NCBI GenBank assembly: GCA_964016885.1
Contig: OZ024740.1
Span: 160,704,001-160,768,000, forward strand
Source: Eledone cirrhosa
Taxonomy: Eukaryota
Length of the DNA stretch: 64,000 bases
Direction of reading: 5' to 3'
How positions within the stretch are numbered: the first letter of the stretch is position 1; every line of letters starts with the position of its first letter. The notes below the pieces were generated by a model, which worked only from the letters and a program-made list of their open reading frames with translations, was not told the origin of the DNA and did no database searches. A program made the position numbers and the translations under genes. Shown piece after piece: positions 28,701 through 40,154 of the stretch.

Positions 28701-29613
28701 TAAGATTCCAGAAAGACACGGGCTACAGGCTGAGAGAAGCGTTGCCAGGCCGTGGTTAAATTGTTGTGTTACATATTGGCTAGTGATTTCACGGCGCAAG
28801 AAAAATAGTTGTTTACCTTAGCACGGTCGAAGCTGCGAGTCATAGCGTCCTCAAATCTTTGCGGGGTATTTCTCCCTCAGAACGCGTAGGGATACATCCT
28901 CTTTTACTGGCGCTGATTGGCTGAGCTGAGCCAAATCACGCACAGAGAATGTATGTGAGCCCGCGGAATGTAGGTCACTACAGGTTCTATCAAGGTTGAC
29001 CATGCAGGTCACTAGTTTGTGATCTGAATAGGCAACCATGAATATTTGTGGGCAGCTTAACATGTCCCTATCCTTATTTCTAACTAGAACCCTATCTAGG
29101 TACGATCTAGATGTTCCGCTGTGATTAGTCCACGTCCACAGTGGCACAGTCGGAAAATCTAGTCGATTTCTATCGGCCAGGTCAAATCGGCCGATTAACT
29201 GTTTGAGGATTCCATTCCAGTCCCCCACTAAAAGCAAGGAGCGGGACGTTCCAAGAAAAGTTTCTAGACGTTTGAAGAAGTCTAGCCACGGTGTCCCGGA
29301 TGGGGCACATGCGGCCACCAGCCTGAAGGCTCCACCTTCACAACCGTCAACGTCTAGGTGTACCGTCTGTGTTACGAGGCCCAGGTGTTTCCGCAGCAAA
29401 ACGGCAACCCCACCCCACCCCCGGCTGACAGAGAGATGCGTAGATCTCAAAGTCATCGAAGATGGGGGCCAGCTGTCGCTCGCTGTGGATCCTGGACTCG
29501 CAAATGGCTACTACATCTATACTGTGCGACCTGAGGTCGTTTAAGAGTTTGCCCTGTTTCCAGGGCATCCCCAGGCCGCGTACATTCACACACCCAACTC
29601 TTATATTGGCCAT
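25763..29613 (-). pseudogene. Tx1 ORF2 (EN-RT-zf), frameshifted and interrupted by an LTR
   Basis: NVRGL, GDWN, YLDR, SDH (EN); SPGLDG, FRPITLLN, DQSKAFD, QGCPLS, YADD, GGLG (RT); CLRC..ETLVHAFIHC. Confidence 0.9.
28441..28982. mobile_element. Solo LTR (probably Gypsy-type) inserted in Tx1 ORF2
   Basis: 542 bp with ends T(T)TAG...CTACA (a mutated TGTAG/CTACA) and a GGTT duplication at 28437-28440 and 28983-28986. Removing it restores LDRT-HKQGPGY*KLN. Confidence 0.8.
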
Positions 29614-29628
29614 GTTGGTTCTGAAAAG

Positions 29629-31508
29629 TTAAAAGAGGAGAAGAAAACACTCACCTCCTCGTCTCCCAGGGATCAGACCGCACGATTTCCATGGGGGTGT
29701 TAGAGGAGTTGTCTGGGTAGGTGGTGGTTTCCGGCGGGGTGGGGACGGAGATGTTGGTGGGGTGGGGGTGTCTGGGGTGAGGGTGGGGAGACTTTTTAAA
29801 AGGACGCGGTTAATGGGTTTAACACAAGGATTACCCACGTCCTTAGGAAAGTTTTCCTTTAAAGACTTATAGGTGTCCGTAGGGACCCTAATCATCTTTA
29901 AATTAGGTTTGTCTACATAGTTCGAAAAAGTTTTCCCTTCGGTTTTCACCGAAGGGTCGTTGGAGTTGACCTCCATTAAAGTTTTGTTTTTACTGTTTAT
30001 GTATGTGTAATGTTCTTGTGTTGCGGTGGTTTTTGTCTGTTGTTCTTGTGGGAGCTTTCGTTTTGTTGTAGGTGTTTGTGTTTGGAGTGATATCGTGGTT
30101 TTGTTTTCGGGACGGGGGGTTTTTGTTTGTAATGTTTGTGTTGTTTGTATTGGTGGTTGTATGTTTGTAGTGATGTTTGTTGTTTTTTTTTCTGTTCTTG
30201 TGGTATCTTTTCTTCTTTCTTTTCGAACGGAGAGGCTCTCCCTCATCATCACTTGGGGATGATGTGGGGGCCTCGTCCGTTGTGGTGTCTGTGTTATTTG
30301 GAAGGGGTATGTTTTGGGGAGCTGTTGTGTTTGTGGGTGTTTTTGCAGTGGTTTTATGTGGAGTGGGGTTGGGTGGGACTGTGCTTGCAGGTTGGTTTGT
30401 TGTTCTTGTTTTGGTTGTGTTTGCGTGTTGCTGTTGTTGTTGTGGTGGTGGTGGTTGTGTTGTTGTTTTGGGTGTTGGCAATAGTGCTTCTTTTTTTTTT
30501 TAGTTAACTGAGGACAGTAAGCCTTCAGGTGACCACTGCTTAAACAGTGGTAACATGAAGGCCGCCTACCCTCAACAGAAATGTTTATGTGTGAAATTCC
30601 ATCCAGAGGCACACGTTGGGGTATTTTAGCTATCCCTTCTGGCCTCATTTGAACCAGAACTTCCATGCTTGTACCATTGAATGTGCCTCTGGAGGACTTT
30701 CCCATCGAAATCGATGAAGCCAGTTAGAATCCACCAGACGTTTACATTTGGTGCAATGTTCAAAATTTTTATTTTTTGTGTTCTTTTTCCCATATATGTG
30801 GGAGAAAAGGTGTAAAGAAGGGGGGGGGGCAATCGGCGATACAGAATATTTTTGTGCTGTCAATTGGTCTTTCAACAACACCGAAATGTTTTCAAAAAGT
30901 TTCCCTGAATTCTTCAGAACCAGTTCAATATCGTTTTGGGATAACTGAACTGGTTTTTTCGACACATTTGAAACCGTCCTAAAAATTACTGTTTTTAGAA
31001 CAGTTTCTCTGCGTAACTGTTGAGGAGAAGTGATGCTGAAAGCACCACTCTCACCAAAAGTTACGTACTGTTTTGCATCGCTTAACATTTCCCTAGCATT
31101 GGAAATGTCAAGGTATGTGAACAGTTCCGTCTTTTGGACGGTTTGAGCAAAAGAAATCTTTTCCTTGTTCGTGGAGTTGTTCGTGTTGCTGTTGTTGTTG
31201 GTGGTGTTGTTGTTATCATTGTTGTTGTTGTTGTTGGTGGTGGTGTTGTTGTTATCATTGTTGCTGTTATTGTTCTTGTTGTCATTATTGTTGTTGTTGT
31301 TCTGGTTGGTGTTGTTTATATTTTGCATGTTATTGGTGTTTGTGTTAGTGTTGATGTTGCAATCAACGTCCGACATTGTGTTTTGAAAACTGACGACATT
31401 TTCGATGTCTGTCAATGAGGTGATGAGAGGAGGTGACTGCGAGCTTAACACTCTTACCGCCTCTCCACCACTTCTAGTTATGAACGCAGCGTTCATGACT
31501 GAATGCAA
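29629..31508 (-). pseudogene. Tx1 ORF1 (gag-like), frameshifted
   Basis: N/T/P-rich low-complexity segments and the zinc knuckle CYHCLSSGHLKAYC, split across several frames. Confidence 0.8.
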
Positions 31509-31939
31509 AGTTTGTTTACACTTTTGTTTTCACCGGCGAAATTTTTTTCAAAACGAAAATTTCACCCCAGGGAGGGGTGAAGATGACTTGACCCACCGTC
31601 TGAAAGTCCAGACGTGGGGTCAAGCTATAAAATAGTAATAAATTTAACATAGAATTGGATCATTTAATTCCTCAGTTCTCTTAATTTTTTATTAATCAAT
31701 GAAAATAAAAGAATAAGTAGATAGAAACAATGTAGTAAAATGGGTAAAATACAAAACAAAATAAAATAAATATGTAAAATTCCTCTGAAGAACAACCATT
31801 GATTCGCTCATAAAATACTTATGATGTATATCATAGCCATAAACTTTTGTAGCTTTAACTTACATCACTAAAGCTTTGTTCTTTCTCATTATTGCTACAT
31901 GTTTAGTAATATATATACGGTATATATATCTATATATAT

Positions 31940-32990
31940 ATCATCCTCATCATCAGGTTATTGTAACTGGTGCAGCCAGTCGTTCAGATGTCACTTTCAC
32001 AGTCAGCCTTTGCCACTGGTCTCTATTCTCTGTCATGCTTAGATAGGTCGCAGTAATATGACCTGTTCAATCTTTGATGGTGTTGGGCCAGGATATCTCT
32101 CTTCTTTACCTTCTTCCAATTGTAATCAGAAAGATGGCAAGTTTCCGTCTTTTCACCATCACAGGGAGTGGTTCTTGTCTACCAGCTTATTTGTTAACTT
32201 GCTGCCCGACAAAGCTCTTTGTTTTCTGTTCCATGTAAGGATGTGTAGCAGCCTTCTGAAACACATGTGCTCAAATTCCAGGAGTTTTCATTTCATATCA
32301 GTTCTAAAAGTCTAGCTCTCACACCTATACAGAAGGATTGAAGTTACCAGGGACCTGTACACTGGAAAACTAATAGAATTGCTTTTCCACATGATGTTAA
32401 TCTTCATCATTGCTGAAGAAGCCAATCTGATTCATACCATCTCCTTTTGAGATCTGCCATCCTTAGAGTGGATTCTAGATACTTGAAGGTGTCCATATCT
32501 TCAAGACTTCCTCCATTCAGCATGATGTTATTTGGTATATTCTGGTTATGATTATTAACAAGAATCCTGCTCTTTTCTGAGCTAACCTCTGTTCTGTATG
32601 CTTCTGATACTTTTTCCAGACTGGTGGTGAGCTCCTAATGTTCCACTTCACTGCTTCCTAACACACCAGTCTCATCAGCAAAGTGCCAGTTGGAAACGGT
32701 CTTTCCTGCAATGGAAACAGAGATGTGGAAGTCTCGGAGTGTCTCTTACATAATGTTCTCCAGGAAAATGAGAGAGGAGACATCATTGTCAAACTCCCAC
32801 AGTCATCCTGAAGAACTCTTCAATGTTGTCATTCAGGAGATGTACATGTTTGAATTTTCATACATATTATTTGGATGAGTTTGCTGTTAAATTGTAATTT
32901 TTCATCACCTGTCACAAGCCCTGTACCAAATGTGGTCAAAGGCTTTTTTGAAGTCAATGAAGTTACGGTAGAGGTCAGATAGGTGGTGCA
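31940..32990 (-). mobile_element. Decayed RTE/BovB-like RT fragment
   Basis: Minus strand reads FIDFKKAFD near 32935-32962; FADE and LLYRCES-like motifs; catc-type tail at the left. Confidence 0.65.
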
Positions 32991-33155
32991 GATTTGTAGG
33001 TTTGTTGTCAGTTAGAGCACTTAATGTTACGAGATTCCATCTCTTGTAGGGTTTATACTTCAGTGTACTCCAGGGTTATGGCAACTCTTATCTGCAGAGT
33101 GTAAATATAAGTAAGCAGGAACGAAGCCAAGGCTGCACCATAAATAAACTTTATT

Positions 33156-33245
33156 GCATATGACGATTGTTCTGATATTAATCAGTTTAGGGTATGATCA
33201 TAATGTTCGGGGCCAACTCTGCATCAACATCTTATCAGTAATACA
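33156..33245 (-). ncRNA. Degenerate hammerhead with long stem II
   Basis: CTGATAA-gatgttgat...attaatatc-a-GAACAATCGTC, followed by aataaa. Confidence 0.4.
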
Positions 33246-34129
33246 TTTGTTGGCACAGAACAAATTCTAACTGTTGAAAGATGTCAGATGATCCGTTTAT
33301 GTACACATATTTTGGATGAGGGGAGATGAATAAATAAATAGACAATTAGGTAAGGGATAAATGGCAAATAAGTAAATATAATTTTAAAAATTTGAAAGGA
33401 TAGAAAGGCAAAATAAAGTATAATGAAACAAATTAGAGATCAAATAAAGCCAAGCGATGACTGTCAACAACCAAAACAACAACAAAAACATCGACAGTGA
33501 GGACAAGGACAGCAGTAGTATGGCTGTGGATGAGGTCATGATTCTTTGGAGACTGCTATACAACCCTGTGGAGTGGGATCACTAAATGGTGCTGGATAGG
33601 CATGAAGCCTAATCGATAGGGCAAGTGGTCTGGAGTATCAATTATCGATGTCTGGCTACTGTGAGACAAGTGTGACCTTAGAGCAACAGAGGCTATGGCA
33701 GCGGCAATGATATTCACATCATAACTCTTCCACCACTTCCACCAACAACCACAACAGCAATAATACCATTAATACCACCCACAACAACAATAGCAGTAGA
33801 CTTGGCCACACCCCATGTTATGACTTCAACAGCCACTGACCCACATCAATAGACATGACAACATCTGTTGTAGTAGAATTAGTCATAGCAGCAACACTAC
33901 TTGTTCTGGCATAGTGGTAGTGTTAGTAGTTGTAGCACCATTAGTAGCAGTAATAATGATGGTAGCAGAATTTTGTGAGCAAATGCAATCTTCCTTGGAA
34001 ATATGCATGTTGTAATGTTTCATTGTTTCCACTTGGATGAGTCAAGGGTGGGCACAGCTGTGATGAGAAGAAATAATCAGTAGGAAAATAATATTAATTG
34101 GGTCTGCTAATATGCAGATCCGGCCAAAG

Positions 34130-34500
34130 GATTTAATATGGTTGTAGAAGTAAGTCATAAATGTTGCGGATGTGGCTCCAATGTAAATGTGCCTTGATTC
34201 ATAGGTATCAACTACACACACACATATATATGATGTTTTGGGCCAAGCATTTGTTTTGCAGGGGGGCATTAACTCTTGGGGCAGCAGTTACAGGATCAGT
34301 ACTTTGTACTCCCTGTAGGTTGGTGGATGGTGTTGTATGAGGCCTCCATGAGTGGGTGCTGGTTGGCCACCAGCCTGTTATGGCAAGGATCACCACTTAA
34401 GAGCACACTTCATCTTCTTGACATTTAAGGAGGCTATTATTTTCTCCAGGTAGGAGGCTGTAGAAACAAGAAGTTTATGATCTATCAGTTGAAAAGCCCA
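34130..34500 (-). mobile_element. Penelope-like GIY-YIG relic
   Basis: PLQNKCLAQNIIY..HIYIGATSATF..YNHIKSF. Confidence 0.7.
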
Positions 34501-34733
34501 TGATACTTGTGTGTATGTATATGTGTATGTATTTCAGTCCATCCTCCCACTCTACTAATTTGATTGCCTAGTTAGAAAAAGCTGTTCACAAGATCTAGAG
34601 AGCTCCCCTGGCAGCTGAGAAAATTTATTTCATGTGTGGTCTTTGTGTTTACTTCCCTTATGCATCTGCTGCAAATAATGCCTACTTGCAATCCCACTAC
34701 ATCTCTTGTGCATCCCTATTTTATATTTATATC

Positions 34734-34764
<31 letters not shown>

Positions 34765-35106
34765 TATATATAGCTTCAAATGATCCTGCATAGAGTGAAA
34801 ACAGAAATGTATTGCTTAAACTTTTAATCTGTACTAGGGTAAAGAGGGTAAAAACCCATTTCGGTCACAAATGATCATGGGAATTGCACCTAGAAAGTTG
34901 CCTTCCAAGGCACAAGTCCAGGCAAGGTTGTTTGTGGAAGATCAGTTGTCACCCATGAATACCAAACTCCCCTCTCCACGCCGGTGATGTTTTTAAAGGG
35001 AAAGGCTAAAACCGATGTAGCTTGGCACCAGTGATGATGCAACTCATTTCTACAGCTGAGTAAACTGGAGCAACGTGAAATATGTGTCTTCATCAAGAAC
35101 TGTTCT

Positions 35107-35109
<3 letters not shown>

Positions 35110-35195
<86 letters not shown>
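35110..35195. repeat. (TA)n microsatellite (representative; others at 8930-8998, 57992-58058, 63203-63245)
   Basis: Read directly. Confidence 0.95.
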
Positions 35196-35196
<1 letters not shown>

Positions 35197-35199
<3 letters not shown>

Positions 35200-35324
35200 T
35201 GTAATAAACAACATAAGATAATTATTTCATTTACCAGTGGTTTCTTGAAAGCAAACAAAATTTGCTTTCACTCATCAGAATGAAAAAATCCTGGTGTATT
35301 TATTGACAGTAGATTTTAAAAACC
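35197..35324 (-). repeat. Inverted copy of 40455-40582 (PLE inverted terminal segment)
   Basis: 128-bp near-exact reverse complement. Confidence 0.9.
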
Positions 35325-35498
35325 CACATTTTTAACAAAGCCGCCCTTATTATAATAAACCCCTTAATAACAGCGGCTTTACAGAACATATTAAATATTT
35401 ACCTACTCCTCCCCCTAAAACTAATCACAATAATAGAAAAAGGAAAATTATTTGGTTTACACCCCCTTCTCTCTTACTGTCAAAACTAATGTAGGAAG
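35325..35498 (+). mobile_element. Penelope-like element fragment (RT-EN linker), left part
   Basis: Reads FNKAA..YNKPLNNSGF..RKRKIIWFTP(P)FSLTVKTNVGR with frameshifts, and continues at 40155. Confidence 0.8.
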
Positions 35499-35690
35499 AC
35501 GTGTTTTCTTGGGCTCTGCTAGAGTCAGCAGCAACACACAACCACGTGTTGCTACACACACACAAGAGGAAAGAGAAAATTTAAAATTTATGAGACCAAT
35601 AGAGATATGTACATTTATATATTTATATCTAGATATTGCTATCATCATTTACAGTCCCTCTGTGTTTAATGTATGTTCATTAGTATATGT

Positions 35691-35998
35691 GTTGTTATTT
35701 CTGCTTGCATTTTGCATATATACATATATATATCTATATATATGCTTGCGTGGACCCCTCTCAAAATTTGTTGGATTTTCTAATTGGATACCCCAACACT
35801 GGATACCAACACTGAATACACCTGAACTTCTACCAGGAAATCTTTCGTTGTCATTTCTGCTTGCATTTTACATATATAGATATATATATCAATGGTTGCG
35901 TGGACCCCTCTTAAAGATTCGTTGGATTTTCTAATTGGATACCCCGAAACTGGATACCAATCACTGAATACACCTGAACTTCTACCAGGAAATCTTTC
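35691..35998. repeat. Tandem duplication, 2 x ~155 bp
   Basis: gttgt(t/c)atttctgcttgcatttt...cttctaccaggaaatctttc at 35691-35846 and 35847-35998. Confidence 0.9.
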
Positions 35999-36834
35999 AT
36001 ATCAGTGAAAATTTTCTTTTCTTTGCTTCATATATATTATATATACTTGGCCGCCATTGCAAAAGGCCATAAATTCAAAATTTTGAAGAGAGAGGAAAAG
36101 AGAGAAGTGATCTATGAACTTGTAACATCTCACTGACCCCCCCCCCCCGTCACCACAATAACAATAACGCCTACACTCGCTCCCCACCATCACCACATTA
36201 CTCTAAGGTCGCTGTCCTGTCCCCTGTTGACATACTGCTGACTATCTTTTGATGTATGTATGTGTATATACATATGTGTATGTGTGTGTATGTGTATATC
36301 TCTGTGGATTCGACCAGATTTCAACACAGCAACAACTACAACAACAACAGCAGCAACACCAACAACAACAACAACAGCAACAACACCATCGTCTGTATTG
36401 AATGTGTGTGTATGTATTTGTATATATGCGACAGCAATAACAGCATCAACACCATTGTCTGCAGCAACAGCAGCAGTGAAATGAAGGACAACAACAACAG
36501 TAACAACTACAATAACAACTACAGCACCAACAACTGTCACCACCATCACTGACCATCCACCACCACCACGCTGATACCATCCACCACCACCACACTGACA
36601 CCATCCACCACCGCCATTACCAGCGTAAACAAACAATTATTATTGTTATTGTTATTATATACAAGCCGAACTGGACTGGGAAAGGTCAACAGTTGACATG
36701 ATAGTGATTTTGACGATATGTATATATATATATGTGTTTGTGAGTTGTGTGTGTGATTGTATGCATGAATGAGTGTTGGTATGTGTGGTTGTGGTTTGTA
36801 TGCATGAGTATTAGTGTGTGAGTCGTGTCAATAA

Positions 36835-36862
<28 letters not shown>

Positions 36863-36867
<5 letters not shown>

Positions 36868-39800
36868 GACCATGCTGTAAAATGGAGGGGTAGAGAGGGC
36901 CCTTGAGTCTAGTAAGACATCCTCTCTAGTGCTGGTGGCACAAATAAAAGCACCCAGTCCATGCTGTAAAGTGGCGCTGGTGTTAGGAAGGGCATCCAAC
37001 CAGTGTATCAATGCCAAAAAGCTTATCAGCACAGCAACAAAACAGCATAGAAAAAAATATGAAGACGTCGCATCTCAGAGTTGCAACACTTAATGTTGGC
37101 ACTCTCAGAGGTAGATCTGCTGAAATAGCGGAGATGCTGGAGAGAAGGCAGGTGGATGTGTGCTGCGTGCAAGAGGTGAGATGGAGAGGTGCCTCTGCGA
37201 GACTAGTCGTAGGCAAGCGTCTTAGCTATAAGCTATTCTGGGTAGGTAAGGATGATGGGTTAGGGGGAGTAGGCATTTTCCTGGCTGAGAAATGGATCAA
37301 TAAGACAATAGAGGTAGTTCGAGTTAGTAATCGAATAATTAAGCTTAGATTAGTTGTAGGTAGGAGACTACTGACAATCATCTCGGTCTATGCTCCCCAA
37401 GCAGGCCTAGGCAAAGATGAGAAAGACTGCTTTTATGAGCAACTTTTGCAAACAACCTCAATGACAGAGGACGGAGACATCGTTATGCTAGCAGGAGACT
37501 TCAATGGTCATGTTGGACAGCTCCAGGATGGTTACACTGGGGTACATGGTGGGCATGGTTACGGTTCAAGAAATGAAGAAGGAGTGAGACTTCTTGAATT
37601 TTGTGATGCAAGTACATTGACTATTTGCAACACAAACTTCCAGAAACCTGCCAATCACCTAATAACCTACAAATCTGGTGAGCACATAAGCCAGATTGAC
37701 TTCCTGCTAGTTAGGCAGCGGGACAGGCAGATAGTGTCTAATACCAAGGCATACCCTGGGGAAGAATGTACCCCACAGCATAGGTTAGTTGTTAGTGATA
37801 TCTCAGTAAGCAAGAGATGGAATGAGCCATATAGGAAGGTGTGGAGAAGAAAGGTCTGGAAGCTAAAAGACCTTTCACTAAAATTCAAATTTAGGAAAGC
37901 CCTTCAAGATGTATATGACGAAAAAGAAGACGATTTAGAGACGTATGACATAGATAATAACTGGAAGTTCTTACGTGACAACTTGCTGAAGGCTACTGAT
38001 GAAACTTGTGGCTGGAGCAGAGCCCCAACCAGACAGAGAGTGACCTGTTGGTGGAACAGCAGTGTAGATAAGGCTATTAGAGACAAAAGACTAGCATGGA
38101 AGGCTTGGAATAAGGGTGGGAGTAGGGAAGAATATACAGCCACTAAGAGAGAAGCTAGACGTCAGGTGTACTTAGCACGCAGGGAGGCAGAGAGTAGGAG
38201 GTTTGCCAATGTTCTGCGACGGGAAGATCAGAGGCGTGCGGTGTTCCACATTGCAAGGCAGTGTGTCAATGCAAATCAGGATGTTGTTGGTGATAAATGT
38301 GTCCGGGATGATGCCGGTGTACTTAGTGTCACGAATGACCAGAAAAAGGAGGCCTGGAAATGCCATTATGAGAGACTGATGAATGTGGAGAACGAATGGG
38401 AGAGAGAGAAATTACCCTTGGTAGATCCGACAGAGGGACCAGCTATTGAGATTGACGAATATAGGGTCCAAGAGGCGATTAGGGAAATGAAAAATGGTAA
38501 GGCGGCCGGACCATCGGGAATAGTTGCTGAGATGCTGAAGGCATCAGGGGACGTAGGCACTAAACTGGTTGCACGCATAATCAATCAGGCTATATATGGT
38601 GGTGTCATACCCAAAGACTGGTGCAGCAGTATTCTCATAAATTGCTACAAAGGTAAAGGGGATGCTTTGGAGAGGAGCAATTATAGGGGTATAAAACTGA
38701 TAGATCAGGTTATGAAAGTGGCAGAAAGGATTTTAGCACAACTAATTAGAGAAAGGGTCAAACTAGATGAGATGCAGTTTGGTTTTGTGCCTGGGAAGAG
38801 TACAACAGATGCCCTCTTCTTGGTGAGACAAATGCAAGAGAGGTTCTTAGAGAAGAATAAGCCACTATACTTGGCCTTTGTTGACCTAGAGAAGGCCTTT
38901 GATAGGGTACCCCGATCTGTCATCTGGTGGTCCCTAAGGAAGCTGGGTGTTGAGGAATGGCTTGTAAGGACAGTGCAAACTTTGTACAGAGGTACTCTCA
39001 GTAAAGTCAGGGTAGGAATGGAGTTTAGTGAGGAATTCCAGATACAAGTAGGAGTACATCAGGGTTCGGTCCTCAGCCCGCTCTTGTTCATTATAGTCCT
39101 CCAAGCCATAACAGAGGAGTTTAAGACTGGCTGTCCATGGGAACTTCTCTATGCTGACGATCTGGCTCTTATGGCAGAATCAGTAGAGGAGCTAGAGAAT
39201 AAATTCCGGCTATGGAAACAGCAGTTGGAAGCAAGAGGACTGAGAGTAAATCTAGCTAAGACAAAAGTGTTGATGAGTAGAAAAGAGGACAAAACCCTGA
39301 TTCCGTCAGGGAAATGGCCATGTTCGATATGCAGAAAAGGAACTGGCATAAATTCTATAAAATGCACACAATGTAGGTCCTGGGTACACAAGAGATGTAG
39401 CGGGATAGCAGGCAAACTAACAGGTAGGGAGAAATATGTATGCAGTAGATGTACAGGGAAATTAGACAGTAGAAGTCGCACTGATAGACACATTTTTCAA
39501 ATGCGAGAGGGCGCTATAGAAGTGGTGGATAGCTTCCGGTACCTAGGAGATCAGATTAGCATGGGAGGAGGGTGTTCCGAGGCCATAGTATCTAGAATAA
39601 GGACGGGTTGGAAGAAGTTTAGGGTGCTGCTTCCTCTGTTGACGAAGAAGGGTTTCTCCCTGCGTACGAAAGGCCGGTTGTATGATGCCTGTGTGAGGAG
39701 CGCGATGCTGCATGGTAGTGAGACATGGGCAGCTACCGCAGAAGATATGCGACGGCTGGAGAGAAATGAGGCAAGCATGCTCCGTTGGATGTGCAGTGTA

Positions 39801-40154
39801 AATGTGCGTGAACGACCCAGCATAAATGTGTTGAGAGAGAAACTGTGTCTGAGAGGGATAGAATGTAGTGTACGGGAGAGGAGACTGAGGTGGTATGGAC
39901 ATGTGATGCGCATGGAGGATGACCGATGGGTGAAGAAGTGCCAGGAAATGCCAGTTGAAGGAAGACGTAGTAGAGGTAGACCACGAAAAACATGGGCGGA
40001 GGTGGTGAGAACAGACCTCAGATCATTGAAGCTCACGGTGGAGATGACGAGGGACCGTGACGAGTGGAGAGATGCTGTGCTGAATAAGACCCGTCCCACC
40101 CTTGCAAGCTGGGAAAAGCGGACGTAAAATGATGATGATGATGATGATGATGAT
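36863..40154 (+). mobile_element. Full-length RTE-clade LINE (family A)
   Basis: Short 5' region containing ggtgttaggaagggcatcc, a single intact EN-RT ORF, a 3' stem-loop (tccca..cttgcaag..tggga) and a (GAT)n tail. The true 5' end may lie further upstream (35499). Confidence 0.93.
37011..40127 (+). CDS. RTE ORF: APE endonuclease + reverse transcriptase with embedded PHD-type zinc finger (1038 aa, uninterrupted)
   Basis: EN motifs TLNVGT, VQE, GDFNGH, IDF, PQH; RT motifs QFGF, FVDLEKAFD, QGSVLSP, YADD, FRYLG; C-terminal LRWYGHV..RGRP. Confidence 0.95.
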   Translation: MPKSLSAQQQNSIEKNMKTSHLRVATLNVGTLRGRSAEIAEMLERRQVDVCCVQEVRWRGASARLVVGKRLSYKLFWVGKDDGLGGVGIFLAEKWINKTIEVVRVSNRIIKLRLVVGRRLLTIISVYAPQAGLGKDEKDCFYEQLLQTTSMTEDGDIVMLAGDFNGHVGQLQDGYTGVHGGHGYGSRNEEGVRLLEFCDASTLTICNTNFQKPANHLITYKSGEHISQIDFLLVRQRDRQIVSNTKAYPGEECTPQHRLVVSDISVSKRWNEPYRKVWRRKVWKLKDLSLKFKFRKALQDVYDEKEDDLETYDIDNNWKFLRDNLLKATDETCGWSRAPTRQRVTCWWNSSVDKAIRDKRLAWKAWNKGGSREEYTATKREARRQVYLARREAESRRFANVLRREDQRRAVFHIARQCVNANQDVVGDKCVRDDAGVLSVTNDQKKEAWKCHYERLMNVENEWEREKLPLVDPTEGPAIEIDEYRVQEAIREMKNGKAAGPSGIVAEMLKASGDVGTKLVARIINQAIYGGVIPKDWCSSILINCYKGKGDALERSNYRGIKLIDQVMKVAERILAQLIRERVKLDEMQFGFVPGKSTTDALFLVRQMQERFLEKNKPLYLAFVDLEKAFDRVPRSVIWWSLRKLGVEEWLVRTVQTLYRGTLSKVRVGMEFSEEFQIQVGVHQGSVLSPLLFIIVLQAITEEFKTGCPWELLYADDLALMAESVEELENKFRLWKQQLEARGLRVNLAKTKVLMSRKEDKTLIPSGKWPCSICRKGTGINSIKCTQCRSWVHKRCSGIAGKLTGREKYVCSRCTGKLDSRSRTDRHIFQMREGAIEVVDSFRYLGDQISMGGGCSEAIVSRIRTGWKKFRVLLPLLTKKGFSLRTKGRLYDACVRSAMLHGSETWAATAEDMRRLERNEASMLRWMCSVNVRERPSINVLREKLCLRGIECSVRERRLRWYGHVMRMEDDRWVKKCQEMPVEGRRSRGRPRKTWAEVVRTDLRSLKLTVEMTRDRDEWRDAVLNKTRPTLASWEKRT

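Larger units (their letters stand above)
25480..31630 (-). mobile_element. Near full-length decayed L1/Tx1-clade non-LTR retrotransposon
   Basis: ORF1 with CCHC knuckle; ORF2 EN-RT-zinc finger; AATAAA at 25530-25535 (minus) followed by a (TATC)-like tail; hairpin-rich 5' end. Confidence 0.9.

Noticed and set aside
37667-40099. Antisense ORFs over the RTE (similar ones over Tx1 and other RTE copies)
   Set aside because: Shadow frames of the coding strand
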